A stretch of 64,000 nucleotides of DNA from Planctomycetota bacterium (GCA_965223265.1 OZ244999.1:864001-928000); one strand, 5' to 3'; positions 21,033 to 31,624 are shown, counted from the stretch's first letter. Program-made: numbers and translations. Notes: generated by a model not told the origin, from the sequence alone.

Positions 21033-22007
21033 CTAGCGTTTCTCGGCTTGAGGTTCCGGCTGCTCTGATTCCAGCTCGGCGAGCAGTTCTTTGAAGTACG
21101 CGATGGTCGCCGACAAACCGTCATGCAGCGACACAGCGGGGTTCCAGCCTAGCTGGCGCTGGGCCAACGTGATGTCGGGCTGGCGCTGCCTCGGATCGTC
21201 GCTCGGAAGTGGTTTGTCGATCAGACGGGCTGGGGACTGCGTCAGCTCGATGACCTTACGTGCGAGCTGCGCGATCGTGATTTCTTCTGGGTTGCCGAGG
21301 TTCACGGGGCCGATGAATTCGTCTTGATTCATCATCCTGACCATGCCCTCGATCAGGTCGTCCACGTAACAAAACGATCGCGTCTGGCCGCCGCCACCGT
21401 AGACCGTCAGGTCCTCTGCACGCAACGATTGAACGATGAAGTTCGACACGACACGCCCATCCTCCGGATGCATGTTTGGACCATATGTGTTGAAAATCCG
21501 AATCAGTCGGATGTCTACACCGTTACTGCGGTGATAGTCCATGCAGAGAGCTTCGGCGACGCGTTTTCCCTCGTCGTAGCAGCTGCGTTCACCGATTGGG
21601 TTGACGTTGCCGCGGTACGTCTCTGGCTGCGGATGAACTTCTGGGTCGCCGTAAATCTCCGACGTCGACGCCTGCAAGATTCGTGCTCCCGTGCGACGAG
21701 CCAGTCCCAACATGTTCACCATGCCGACGGTAGAGCACTTGATTGTCTTGATGGGGTTGAACTGGTAGTGAATCGGTGAAGCAGGGCACGCTAAGTTGTA
21801 GATTTGTTCCACTTCGACGTGGAGGGGCTGGACGATGTCGTGACGTACGAGCTCGAAATGTCGGTGCCCTATAAAAGGCTCAATATTTCGCCGCTGACCG
21901 GTGAAGAAATTGTCAACGCAAATGACATGGTTGCCACTGCGCAGGAGGCGCTCGCAGAGATGGCTCCCTAAGAAGCCTGCACCACCAGTGACGAGTATAG
22001 TTTTCAT
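21033..22007 (-). CDS. UDP-glucuronate decarboxylase (UDP-xylose synthase), SDR family
   Basis: [40 protein letters not shown]. Confidence 0.93.
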   Translation of the reverse strand: MKTILVTGGAGFLGSHLCERLLRSGNHVICVDNFFTGQRRNIEPFIGHRHFELVRHDIVQPLHVEVEQIYNLACPASPIHYQFNPIKTIKCSTVGMVNMLGLARRTGARILQASTSEIYGDPEVHPQPETYRGNVNPIGERSCYDEGKRVAEALCMDYHRSNGVDIRLIRIFNTYGPNMHPEDGRVVSNFIVQSLRAEDLTVYGGGGQTRSFCYVDDLIEGMVRMMNQDEFIGPVNLGNPEEITIAQLARKVIELTQSPARLIDKPLPSDDPRQRQPDITLAQRQLGWNPAVSLHDGLSATIAYFKELLAELESEQPEPQAEKR

Positions 22008-22016
22008 GGAAGCGAT

Positions 22017-23792
22017 CTATGGCTGTTGAGTTGACGGTTTCGTCTCGGAATTGTCGGCTGGCACTGTCTTCGACGAGGCAGCCGGGTGAGCCGGTACGGC
22101 GGCCGCAGGCCCACCGTCGCCGGTCGCGCGTCGATCCTGGCTCGAGATGACAGGCAGCAGAATCCGCGACGGGTAACGGGTGCTGTGGTAAACGGTGTTC
22201 TGCGCGATTCTCGTCTCTCGGTCGGCCCGGAGCGGTTTTCCAGTGTTTGGGTTGGGATCGAATCTGGGGTCATTGCTACTCGTGACATGAACGGCGAGAC
22301 GATGGCCTTTCTGGAGAACGATGGAGGTCGACCAAAGATCGATCCGAACGTGGGTGGCCTCGCCGGGGGTGAGAAACGATTCACGGTCAATACCGTTTCG
22401 GTAGCGGCAGCGAAGAATGCCATCGAGAATGAGGGCTTCATATCCATCAGGATACACGTCGACGAGCTTCGCTGCGAAATCTGTGTCGATCGCATCGGAG
22501 GCCACGAACAGATCGACGTAGACCCGTCCGCTGATCTCGAGCGGAGATTCAAGAGGCGGCGAGGCGAAGCGTAGATAGTCCTGACGCTGGCCGACCAGTC
22601 GCTGGTCGACCGGTCCTTTACCTCCCAGAATCAGGTTTGCCCCACCCGTTGTCGGGACCGGGTTTTTGGGGTCGTATGAGTAGGACGTCGAGCCTCCTGC
22701 GACCGGCGCCCGCTCGGGCGAAAGGCCCCTTTGCGGTTGGAGAAAATACGATGTCGGTCGCGACGACGGCGGCCAGGTCATCGCCGTGCGCCAAACGCAG
22801 CTACCAGGAGCCGGATTGCGCGGGTCCCCCAGCACGTAGTAGCGAACTGGGGGCTCCGCCTCGATGCCGTTGCGCTCGTTCTTCAGCCAGCGAGCGAACC
22901 AGCGGAAACAATCTTGCCCGAGCAGCGCTTCGCTCACGTGTGCATCCGGAAACTCGAGATCGCCGTCCATGCGCCCGTGCGCATAGGGTCCCATGAGGAG
23001 TTTCTGGTTTCCCGCTGCAAGCCCGGAACCCTTCGACTGCAGGCCGACAAAATTGTCGATCGCGCCTTGTGAGAAGATGTCGAACCAGCCGCCCACCTCG
23101 TAGATCGGAATCGTGATCTTGGAATGAAACGCGGGAATCTCGCGCCAGTCCCAATAGCGGGAGCCTGCGGGGTTGCGAACGTTTGCCGTGATCGCGGCGG
23201 CCGCTCCCTGGCTCATGAGCCAGCCGTCGTTCATCTCTTTGCGGTAGGCACCCCCCATAAACACTGTTTGGTTCCGCGCACTCGCCGACGCAACGATGAC
23301 ATACGCGCAGCGCAGGTGCGGGGGGGATTGGGTCGCAGCCAGATGTGCGGTGATGCCGAGCGCTGACCCACCGTACATACCGATCATGCCATCTGACCAC
23401 TCTTCCTTCGCCACCCATTCAATGGTGTCGTAGCCGTCGATGTGGTCTGTGCGGAACGGTTCGTATTCTCCTTCGGACTCGAACTTGCCTCGGCAGTCCT
23501 GTGCGACGAACGCGAACCCATGCTCGTTGAACTTCGTGGCGATGGACTTTAAGCCATTTTTGTTGTACGGCGTGCGCGCCAGAACGCTCGGCCACGGCCC
23601 GTCGCCCGGCGGGAGGTGAATCGTCGTTGCCAGCAACGTGCCGTCGCGCATGGGGGTTTTCGCCTCAAGGCGGTGCTGCTCTGCCTCGGGCGCAGCGCTG
23701 GCAGACGAAGCCAGAGTGACCGCGAATGTGAGGATCAGGCGAGCGAGAGCCCGTCGCGCTGCAGCGCGGCTCGTTTCCCCTTGTGTGCTCAT
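22017..23792 (-). CDS. CocE/NonD family serine hydrolase
   Basis: PMRDGTLLA, RTPYNK, QDCRGKFESEG, GMYGGSALG, GGWFD, SSNDPRFDPNPNTG. Confidence 0.9.
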   Translation of the reverse strand: MSTQGETSRAAARRALARLILTFAVTLASSASAAPEAEQHRLEAKTPMRDGTLLATTIHLPPGDGPWPSVLARTPYNKNGLKSIATKFNEHGFAFVAQDCRGKFESEGEYEPFRTDHIDGYDTIEWVAKEEWSDGMIGMYGGSALGITAHLAATQSPPHLRCAYVIVASASARNQTVFMGGAYRKEMNDGWLMSQGAAAAITANVRNPAGSRYWDWREIPAFHSKITIPIYEVGGWFDIFSQGAIDNFVGLQSKGSGLAAGNQKLLMGPYAHGRMDGDLEFPDAHVSEALLGQDCFRWFARWLKNERNGIEAEPPVRYYVLGDPRNPAPGSCVWRTAMTWPPSSRPTSYFLQPQRGLSPERAPVAGGSTSYSYDPKNPVPTTGGANLILGGKGPVDQRLVGQRQDYLRFASPPLESPLEISGRVYVDLFVASDAIDTDFAAKLVDVYPDGYEALILDGILRCRYRNGIDRESFLTPGEATHVRIDLWSTSIVLQKGHRLAVHVTSSNDPRFDPNPNTGKPLRADRETRIAQNTVYHSTRYPSRILLPVISSQDRRATGDGGPAAAVPAHPAASSKTVPADNSETKPSTQQP

Positions 23793-24099
23793 GCGTGGAA
23801 TCAGTTGTCCTTCCCGCGGAGGCTCGCAGTTGGCGCGGCGGCGGCAGTGCACGTCTCACGCTCGGAGTGCGTCTGCGCCTCTTGCTGTCGAAACGACACC
23901 CTCCATCCATTCGACGCGAGCTGCTGTGTCGAAATCGAGCGTGTCATTAGAATCGGGCTTTCCTAACAGTGCAACGCAGAATCGAATCGCCTACAGTTTT
24001 GTTCAGAGCAGCGTCCGACAAGTCGCGTTCGATGCGATCAAATCACTTCCACACACGGCACCAACGCGGCATGCTATGCGTTTCGCGGAGCCCGTAACG

Positions 24100-25065
24100 A
24101 TGACCGAATCGAGCCCGACGAGGGAGCTGATACTTGCCGTCGACCTTGGCGGCACGAAGACCGCTGTCAGTTTGTGGCGCGGTTGCCGCGGCACTCGTCC
24201 TCGGCGCGTCAGCAAAGAGCGCTGGCCAACGCTGAAGACGGGACCTGAACCGAACCTGGAGCTGATCGTTGTCGCGGCGCGGCGACTGGTCGCGGCTGAG
24301 GGGCTCCGGTTCGACGACGTTGACGCGGTCGGCGTGAGTGCCGGTGGCCCGGTCGATGTCGACGCCGAGACGATCGTTTCGATTCCAAACCTCGCCGGTT
24401 GGCAGGGTGTTTCGCTGGCTCGGCAGCTTGAGTCTGCTCTCGGAGTTCCCGTCTCCATGCAGAACGACGCGAAGGCGTGCGCGCTCGCCGAATGGCGGTT
24501 CGGCGCTGGTCGCGGTGCGAGCGACCTTGTCTTCCTCACCTGTTCGACCGGTATAGGTGCCGGCGTCATTTCGGGTGGTTGCCTTCTCCACGGCGCTGCG
24601 AATCTGGCGGGCGAGGTTGGACACCTTGAGATCGTGGCGGACGGGCTGCCATGCGGTTGCGGCCGACGCGGCTGCCTTGAGGCCTACGCTTCGGGCGCCG
24701 GCATGGCCCAGCGGCTCCGAGCCGAGCCGCTCGCTGTCCCGAAGCCGCCCTTTTCAGCCCGCGACGTCGTCGCGCTCGCCAAAACCGGTTGCCGCGAGGC
24801 CGAAGAATTCCTGCACACTACCGCCGACTACTTGGCAGTCGGCCTAGCGCACGTTGTGTACTGTTTCAACCCGCAGCGCATCATTCTGGGCACGATCGTC
24901 GTCGGCGCCGGCGAGCTTCTGTTGGCGCGGCTGCGCTCGGAGGTGACGAGGCGTGTCTGGCCGGAGCTGGCGTCGGGGCTGGAAATCCTCCCGGCCGCGC
25001 TCGGGGACGATCTTGGCGACCTCGCCGCGGTCGCCGTGGTTGGCATGAAACCTGAGCTTGGCTGA
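24100..25065 (+). CDS. ROK family sugar kinase
   Basis: AVDLGGTK, NDAKACALAEW, GEVGH..CGCGRRGCLE zinc motif. Confidence 0.92.
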   Translation: MTESSPTRELILAVDLGGTKTAVSLWRGCRGTRPRRVSKERWPTLKTGPEPNLELIVVAARRLVAAEGLRFDDVDAVGVSAGGPVDVDAETIVSIPNLAGWQGVSLARQLESALGVPVSMQNDAKACALAEWRFGAGRGASDLVFLTCSTGIGAGVISGGCLLHGAANLAGEVGHLEIVADGLPCGCGRRGCLEAYASGAGMAQRLRAEPLAVPKPPFSARDVVALAKTGCREAEEFLHTTADYLAVGLAHVVYCFNPQRIILGTIVVGAGELLLARLRSEVTRRVWPELASGLEILPAALGDDLGDLAAVAVVGMKPELG

Positions 25066-25362
25066 CTCGCGCCAGCTGATCCGTATCGCTTCGTGGCCTC
25101 GTCGCCGGTGTCCAATCCGCCTGAAAGAGGCATGAGGGCACTACGCAGGGCCGGCGGATGATCTCTGCGAAGCCCGGCTCTGAAGGCGATCCGAAACGCT
25201 GCGCAGAGTGACCCGAGAGCGTCCTGATCCTTCGATTACGGGTCCACTTCATGGACGTTCTTTTGGGAGCGGGATTTGGGGCACCGGCGCTTAAGCTCTT
25301 TCTTCGCTGAGGTTTGCAGTCTTTTTGTGGGCGTCTGGCGCGATCCTTGAAGAAGGTAAGGC

Positions 25363-25815
25363 ATGAATGCCCACACTCAAACGCTCACCGACCGACGCTT
25401 CCTTCCCGACCGCCGCGAGGCGCCGACGTCTGTCTTTGACCTTCTCCGTGGCTATCGTCGTCGCGGCGTGTGCCGTCGCCAGGAAGACGCCGGTAGAGGC
25501 TACCTGGATCGCTTGCGGCCCGAAGTCGTGGCGATCTCGCTTGCGATCGTAGTGCTTTCAGCCCTCGACGCGCTGTTCACGCTCCTGCACCTCCAGGGAG
25601 GCGGGGTCTTTGAGGCGAATCCCGTGATGCGCCTGGCGATCGGTGAAGGCGTTTCGTTCTTTCTCCTCGTCAAGGGCCTGTTGACGATCGGTGGTGTGTT
25701 CTTCCTCGCCCTGCACCAGAACTATCGCGGTAGCATCGTGGCGCTTATGTTCTGCGGCGTCGGATACTTCGCTCTGACGGCGTACCACGTCGGGCTGTTT
25801 GTCGGAATCGTTTGA
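25363..25815 (+). CDS. DUF5658-like membrane protein
   Basis: DRR/RRR N-terminus, LSALDALFTL, EANPVM motif, three hydrophobic segments. Confidence 0.7.
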   Translation: MNAHTQTLTDRRFLPDRREAPTSVFDLLRGYRRRGVCRRQEDAGRGYLDRLRPEVVAISLAIVVLSALDALFTLLHLQGGGVFEANPVMRLAIGEGVSFFLLVKGLLTIGGVFFLALHQNYRGSIVALMFCGVGYFALTAYHVGLFVGIV

Positions 25816-26050
25816 CCGAGCTCCCCATACGGTCAAGCGACACTTCGATCGCATCAGGTGTGATTCGCTGGCAGATTGACCCTTGCCAGCGCTGCCAGCC
25901 CTGCTAAGATCGTCCGCCGGTGGAGTCTGACGGTCGATTGGAGTGGGAGCTCTCGCGTTGCCGTCGACGGAAGCCAAGTCTCGGCTCTCCGTCGGAGCTT
26001 CGCCATACGTTCACGTCAGTGACGTGGAGAATAGCGGGTCGCGTGCCGTC

Positions 26051-27325
26051 GTGAGATTGATCGGGAACAAGAGCAAGCTCGTTGGTGAGATCGAAAAGCT
26101 GCTCACCGACAGAGGCATCACCGGCGGCACGTTCATCGATATCTTCACTGGCACTGCGAGCGTTGCGCGCCATTTCAAGACGAAGGGCTTTCGGGTCATC
26201 GCCAACGACCTCTTGGCGATGTGCTACGCCCAGGCCGTCGCGACAGTCGAGGTGAGTGGATTTCCTCGCCTGAACCGATGGGCGGACGCCCATCGCGCCG
26301 AGCTCGAGAGTGACGACTTCAGGAAGAGTTTTGAGGCGTTGACGCATCCGGACGCGTCCTCTGTGGCGACAAGGGTTCGGCGGTCGGCGGCGGCACGACG
26401 GGTGAGCAAATCGAGGCAGGCTTCGCTACCGCTGCGGCGCTGCATTCACTTTCTCAACGAACGACTGGCGCCGAGAGAGGGAATGGTCTACCGCAGTTTC
26501 TCAGTCGGAGGCGGCTCCGATCGGCAATACTTTTCCGCTGAAAACGGTCGTCGCATCGACGCGATTCTTCATCACTTGCGTAGCGAATACCTCAGCGGCG
26601 TCCTCGAACGGCGTGAGCTGTACGTCCTGGTTGCTGCTCTGCTCGACGCGGCCGACAGGGTGGCAAACATCTCGGGTACGTACGGCGCCTTCCTGAAGCG
26701 GCTGCAACCGAACGCTGCGAAACGTCTCGAGCTTCAGGTGCCAGAGATCCTACACAGTCGTCTCAGCCACCGAGCGTTTTGTCGCGACGCCAACGATTTG
26801 ATTCGTGAGATTGAAGGTGACACGCTTTATGTCGACCCGCCCTACAACCGGCGCCAGTACGCTGCCAACTATCACGTCCTACAGATCATCGCGGAGTATC
26901 ACACGATTGAGGATCTGCCCCTTTTTGAAGCGAGCCTTTACGGCAAGACGGGCTTGCGGCCGTACGATGCCTTGAGGTCGCTCTTCTGCGTGCCCGCAAG
27001 CGAAAGAAACCGGGAAACAAACGTCTTCTCCGCGTTTTCTCGGCTTATCCTCGAGTCGAATGTTTCTCACGTTGTGGTAAGCTACAACGAGGAAGGTCTT
27101 CTAAGCCGAGAACAGATCGGCTCGATATTGGCGGAGTTCTCCGGCCGGTCGAGGTTCGACTACAGCACGGGTTTTCGTGAGGTCCGATACAAACGTTTCC
27201 GCAGCGATTCGGACCGAACCGAGACGAAGGGAACCGGAGCCAAACGTCAGTACAAAGTGCTGGAAGGGAAGGCGAAGGATCAAGTTGGCGAGTGGCTCTT
27301 CTTTGCTTCACGGTTGTGCGACTGA
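26051..27325 (+). CDS. DNA adenine (N6) methyltransferase, D12 class, orphan
   Basis: MRLIGNKSKL start, SAM motif FIDIFTGTASV, catalytic YVDPPY, YAANYH. Confidence 0.9.
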   Translation: MRLIGNKSKLVGEIEKLLTDRGITGGTFIDIFTGTASVARHFKTKGFRVIANDLLAMCYAQAVATVEVSGFPRLNRWADAHRAELESDDFRKSFEALTHPDASSVATRVRRSAAARRVSKSRQASLPLRRCIHFLNERLAPREGMVYRSFSVGGGSDRQYFSAENGRRIDAILHHLRSEYLSGVLERRELYVLVAALLDAADRVANISGTYGAFLKRLQPNAAKRLELQVPEILHSRLSHRAFCRDANDLIREIEGDTLYVDPPYNRRQYAANYHVLQIIAEYHTIEDLPLFEASLYGKTGLRPYDALRSLFCVPASERNRETNVFSAFSRLILESNVSHVVVSYNEEGLLSREQIGSILAEFSGRSRFDYSTGFREVRYKRFRSDSDRTETKGTGAKRQYKVLEGKAKDQVGEWLFFASRLCD

Positions 27326-27342
27326 GCCTCTACGCTTGCCGA

Positions 27343-27509
27343 TTAACAGCCTGTTGAAAGAGTGCTTCGAGCCGAAAACTGGTCTCTTCGCGTCCAGATC
27401 GGCCGCGGCAAACGCAGGTAATCTCCGAGATTTTCGAGTATTGACGCGGTCGAGCTGGGCGTGAAGAGGCCAGTTTCTCGGCCGAATGACTATTTCAACG
27501 GGCTGTCAA
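27343..27509. mobile_element. Palindromic MITE copy 2 (inverted relative to copies 1 and 3)
   Basis: TTAA-CAGCCTGTTGAAA...TTTCAACGGGCTG-TCAA; reverse complement of the 2391 and 49561 copies. Confidence 0.85.
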
Positions 27510-27593
27510 GGCACAAGTCGGAGGCGGAAAGCGTGCTCACGACGGTGGCCGATGTCAGAGGGCGGCGGCATTGCGAGTGACGCGGTGAGCTGA

Positions 27594-28415
27594 ATGATGA
27601 AGCGCAAATGCAAGATCCTTTGCCTGTGGAATCAACGCTCCTCGGAGTGTGATGCGGAGGCTTCTGTCCTGGTGCGGCGGCTTCAAGATAGCGGAATGGA
27701 CGTCGGGACCGATGCGGAAGCGTTCGATGGCACGGCCGATTTGATTGTGCTGCTCGGCGGCGACGGGTTTCTGATGGAGTCGCTTCATGATCTCGACTAT
27801 CCCAAGATACCGGTGTTCGGCGTCAACTTTGGGTCTGTGGGGTTTTTGATGAATCGAAAGAGCAGCCTGCGGATGCTGCTTGAGTCTATAGAATCCGACC
27901 GTTTCGTCGCCGAGAAACACGCCGTGTTGGAGGCGCGGATTGAGACGATGGACGGCGAGTCGCGAAGCGTTCGGGCGTTCAACGATTTTTTTCTTGAGCG
28001 AGCCACGCGTCAGAGTGTCCGCGTTCGAGTGTCGCTCGACGGCGTCGCGTTGAATCAATACGCGGGCGATGGATTCGTGATCTCGACGGCGGCAGGTTCG
28101 ACGGCGTACAACCTCGCGGCGCGTGGGCCGGTACTTCATCCCGATGTGCAGGGGTTAGTCATGACGCCGCTGTACCCGCATCGCGCGTTTCCGTTTCATT
28201 CGATGCAGTTTCCGTTGGTCGTGCCGCTCACTACGCGGATCCGGATTGAGGTCAACGAACCCGAAAAGCGGTCGATGCGTCTGGTCGCAGATGGGCGGTC
28301 ATACGAGGAGATCACGTGGCTCGAGGTTGGCCATGCAGGGCACGACGTGAGACTCTTGCGGACGCCTGAGCATAGTTTCGCTCGCACATTGAAACAAAAG
28401 ATCATCGGCGAGTGA
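27594..28415 (+). CDS. nadK: NAD(+) kinase
   Basis: LGGDG, GVNFGSVGFL, FND, GDGFVISTAAGSTAYNLAARGP. Confidence 0.93.
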   Translation: MMKRKCKILCLWNQRSSECDAEASVLVRRLQDSGMDVGTDAEAFDGTADLIVLLGGDGFLMESLHDLDYPKIPVFGVNFGSVGFLMNRKSSLRMLLESIESDRFVAEKHAVLEARIETMDGESRSVRAFNDFFLERATRQSVRVRVSLDGVALNQYAGDGFVISTAAGSTAYNLAARGPVLHPDVQGLVMTPLYPHRAFPFHSMQFPLVVPLTTRIRIEVNEPEKRSMRLVADGRSYEEITWLEVGHAGHDVRLLRTPEHSFARTLKQKIIGE

Positions 28416-29020
28416 GCTGGACAAAGGGTGCCGTTCGGGGCGCTAGGCGGTCGTGGCCTGTTTGGTGGCAGGTGACGTCGCCTGAAGTTCTGTCTTTTCC
28501 GGCTGGGCCAAACTCAGACTTTGATCGGCTGCTCCTGCTGGTAAGATGGAGATGAGAAACGTCGACAAGTCTGTTGTACGCTGAGCGGCGGTTGCTGATT
28601 GCGGGGGCGACCCTGAGGCGACCCTGACCGTGGGCGGCGTCGGCGACCGGCAGGCCCGTCTTGCCGCCGGTCGAGTTGACGGCGAGTCGTCGTAGCGGAG
28701 TTCAGCGACGGAGAGAGCGCTTGCGGCGGCTCGCGATCGCGAAGACTCAGCCGTAGAACTGCGCACGTAGTTCAGTGGAGCTCCTGGAGCTCAATGGAGC
28801 AAGTAACCCGTTGAGAACGTCAACCGGCCGGGTCGCGGAGACATTTACGTCCAGCGAGGAAGTCGCTTCAGGGCTTCACCGTGTGCCGCTCCGGCTCGTC
28901 GATTCTCGGCAACGGCAGCAAGGACGAAGTCGTTCGACGACAGCGTGCCGGCGCCGGCATTGGCGCTCGTGGTGCTCTCAGGAGGGCCGGACGAAACTTT
29001 TTGAAAGTGCGCAGGATTTC

Positions 29021-29094
29021 TCGGGGGTAACGAAAAGTATAGGAATCCCGGCGAATTCCTCCGCCGCGGCCAGCGCGAAATGGCCAAACTCGAG
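29021..29094 (+). mobile_element. Solo right-end remnant related to the IS701-like element at 48112-49560
   Basis: ATGGCCAAACTCGAG (29080-29094) is identical to the last 15 bp of that IS; upstream TCGGGGGTAACGAAAAG resembles TCGGGGGCGACAAAAG at 49479. Confidence 0.55.
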
Positions 29095-29139
29095 TCAACG
29101 CTGTGACGTGTGCTTAGCCCGACAGCGAAGGAAGCGTCC

Positions 29140-30729
29140 ATGAAGCGCCGGCATGTGATCGATGAGCTCGACCCGGCGTGGGTGAGCTCGGCGGCTGCTC
29201 ATAGTGAGACGTTTCGTCACGTGCTTCGCCAGCTGGCACGGGGCGCGTCGATGAAAACGCTGCGCATGATCTTGCGATTTCTGGCAGAAGTCGTCGACGC
29301 GGAACGCGTTTTCTTCTATCGGATGCGAGCGTGTGGTGGATTCAAGGTCGTCGCGGCGTGCAATCGAGACGGCGAGACCCTTGAGTCGCCGGCTTCGCGT
29401 CTCAGCCACTATGCGGTGCAGCTCGCGGCTTCCGAGCAAGCACCCGTAGTCATGACCGACGCAGCGAGCGATCGCCGCTATCGGTCTGAAGAGACGCTCG
29501 AAGGAAAGCGTCCGGCGCAATCGATTGTCGTCGTCCCGATGCTTGACGAGGGGGAAACCTTTGGAGGGTTCTACGCGGATCACCGATTTCGCGGCATGCA
29601 ACCGGACCTCCGGCGAGAAGATTTGCATGACTGGCTCGCGTTGTCGGAGTTGGCGCTGAGGCTGCGCGCCAAAAAGAGTTTGAGGCGCGTTTCGAAGTCG
29701 CCGTCACCGGAGTCGCCGACCTCGTCAAGGCCGCGTGTTGCTCTACCGTGCCGGCATGAGAGCGTACCGGAGCCGGTGTTGGAGGACTTTCATGGCTTTC
29801 GCTCGGCGAATCCGGATCTCAGGGATTCGTTCGAGCTGTTGGCTCGGACCTCCTCGTCGAGACTGCCAGTTCTGATTGTCGGTGAGACCGGTACGGGAAA
29901 GTCGCTTCTGGCGCGATCTGTGCACGCGTCGAGCATCCGATCGGCAGCGCCGTTCGTCACGCTTCACTGCGGCGCGTGCGCCGAGAGTCTTGTTGAGAGC
30001 GAGCTTCTCGGGCACAAGCGGGGGGCGTTCACCGGAGCCGAATCAGATCATGATGGCCTTCTCGTCGCAGCTGACAGTGGCACGCTCTTTCTCGATATGA
30101 TCGACGAAGCCGGGCCTCGAGTTCAGGCAAAGTTGCTGCGCGTTTTGGAAGAAGGGGAAGTCAGGCCTCTAGGTGCAAAGCATTCGATTCCTGTCGATGT
30201 CCGATTGGTGAGCGCCGCGTGCTCGCGTCTCGAGGCGCTCGCCAGTAGCGGTGAGTATCGCAGTGACTTGGTGTTTCGTCTCAACACCGTCGTGATTGAA
30301 ATTCCGCCGCTGCGGGAGCGCCGAGAGGATGTCTTGCCGCTTGGCGCCTTTTTCTTGGCGCGCGGCGCTGAGGCAGAGCGCTGCGAGGTTCCCAAGTTGA
30401 CGGACGAGGCTGCAGTGCGTCTCGTCGAGTATTCATGGCCCGGCAACGTTCGTGAGCTGGAGCACGAGATGCAGAGGCTTGTAGCGCTTCGTCTCGAGAA
30501 GGTACGGGCTAGTGATCTGTCGGTCGACGACGCTCAGGGCTGGAGCACACAGGCTGGGGACAAGCGGCGTGAGTTGAGTCTCGAAGAGACCGTGAATCGT
30601 GCGGAGAAACGTGCCGTCGCCGACGCTCTGGTTCGTTTTAAAGGCAACCGCTCGCGTGCGGCGCGCTATCTCGCCATCACCCGTAAGGCACTCTATCGCC
30701 GGTTGAAGAAGTATGACTTGGGAGAATGA
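29140..30729 (+). CDS. Sigma-54-dependent enhancer-binding protein (GAF + AAA+ + HTH) with altered Walker B
   Basis: GETGTGKS, ESELLGHKRGAFTGA, LFLDMIDE, WPGNVRELEH, GNRSRAARYLAI. Confidence 0.9.
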   Translation: MKRRHVIDELDPAWVSSAAAHSETFRHVLRQLARGASMKTLRMILRFLAEVVDAERVFFYRMRACGGFKVVAACNRDGETLESPASRLSHYAVQLAASEQAPVVMTDAASDRRYRSEETLEGKRPAQSIVVVPMLDEGETFGGFYADHRFRGMQPDLRREDLHDWLALSELALRLRAKKSLRRVSKSPSPESPTSSRPRVALPCRHESVPEPVLEDFHGFRSANPDLRDSFELLARTSSSRLPVLIVGETGTGKSLLARSVHASSIRSAAPFVTLHCGACAESLVESELLGHKRGAFTGAESDHDGLLVAADSGTLFLDMIDEAGPRVQAKLLRVLEEGEVRPLGAKHSIPVDVRLVSAACSRLEALASSGEYRSDLVFRLNTVVIEIPPLRERREDVLPLGAFFLARGAEAERCEVPKLTDEAAVRLVEYSWPGNVRELEHEMQRLVALRLEKVRASDLSVDDAQGWSTQAGDKRRELSLEETVNRAEKRAVADALVRFKGNRSRAARYLAITRKALYRRLKKYDLGE

Positions 30730-30753
30730 CTGGCCGCGGGTGACGGCTCGAGC

Positions 30754-31143
30754 ATGACGTTGAGAGGAAAGGACGTTCACGTGACGAGTGACTTCGAAGG
30801 CCGATTGGGCTACGAAATGGGCCCAAGCATCGAAGGGGACGCGATGCAGCTCGTGGCTCGATCGCTAGGGTGGACTTACGTCGAACCCGACGCCGTCGTC
30901 GTCTCTTGTGGGACGCTGCGGCGCGTGGCGCTCGGCTTCGCTGTCGTCAAGCGGTGTTTGCCGCTGGCATTCACTAGTGAGCGCGCAGTGATCCTCTCAG
31001 ACGACCTCATGTCCGCTCTAGAGGTGGCGTCGAACCCACAGCTCCTTGGGCCGCCATATCACCGGCAGGTAGACGTGGTGCTGACGACGCCGGCGGTTGT
31101 CGACGCCATGATCGAGAAGCGTCGGACGCTCGTGCGGGAATGA
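30754..31143 (+). CDS. Stand-alone GspE/PilB N-terminal-like domain protein
   Basis: VARSLGWTYVEP..FAVVKRCLPL..VDVVLTTPAVVDAMIEK resembles the T2SSE_N pattern. Confidence 0.55.
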   Translation: MTLRGKDVHVTSDFEGRLGYEMGPSIEGDAMQLVARSLGWTYVEPDAVVVSCGTLRRVALGFAVVKRCLPLAFTSERAVILSDDLMSALEVASNPQLLGPPYHRQVDVVLTTPAVVDAMIEKRRTLVRE

Positions 31144-31182
31144 TCCGCGCAAGCGTTTGGCGGGCAAAGTCGTAGTGGCAGA

Positions 31183-31329
31183 TCAGTCTTCGGTCGAGTG
31201 CAGCTCGTTCGGCACGACCGCAGTCTTGACGACGGAAACGATCGAGTGGGTCGCTGGGCAGTAGACGATTTCCGTCTTATCGAGAGCCAGGATGAACACG
31301 CTGGATTCTGCGTCGGAGTTGTACGCCAT
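31183..31329 (-). CDS. Putative small protein (48 aa)
   Basis: GAGGTG SD 5 nt before ATG; sits in an otherwise empty gap. Confidence 0.4.
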   Translation of the reverse strand: MAYNSDAESSVFILALDKTEIVYCPATHSIVSVVKTAVVPNELHSTED

Positions 31330-31624
31330 TTGAGCACCTCGTCGTGGTTTGGATTCGTTGGACACCATGAAGATCATCAAACTCCATACCGGCCCTTGAA
31401 CTTTGTCCTAACCACGAAATCCTCTTCTGGTTAGGGTTTGCGCCTCGTGCGACGTCGAGAGTCGAGATGTCTAAACCTTGGACGCTGAACCCGCGTTCGG
31501 AACCGGTCCGAACGAGCCCGGCAACCGTTCCCGATGCGGGGCGGCTCGAAGAGGCGGCCCGGCGAAAGTCTCACTCATCCTCCCGCTCGCGCAGCTCAGC
31601 GTCTCGTCTGCGTCGTTACCGCGT

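Noticed and set aside
25335-25350. Sigma-54 promoter TGGCGCGATCCTTGAA before the DUF5658-like gene
   Set aside because: The -12 element is GA rather than GC, and it lies too close to the start codon
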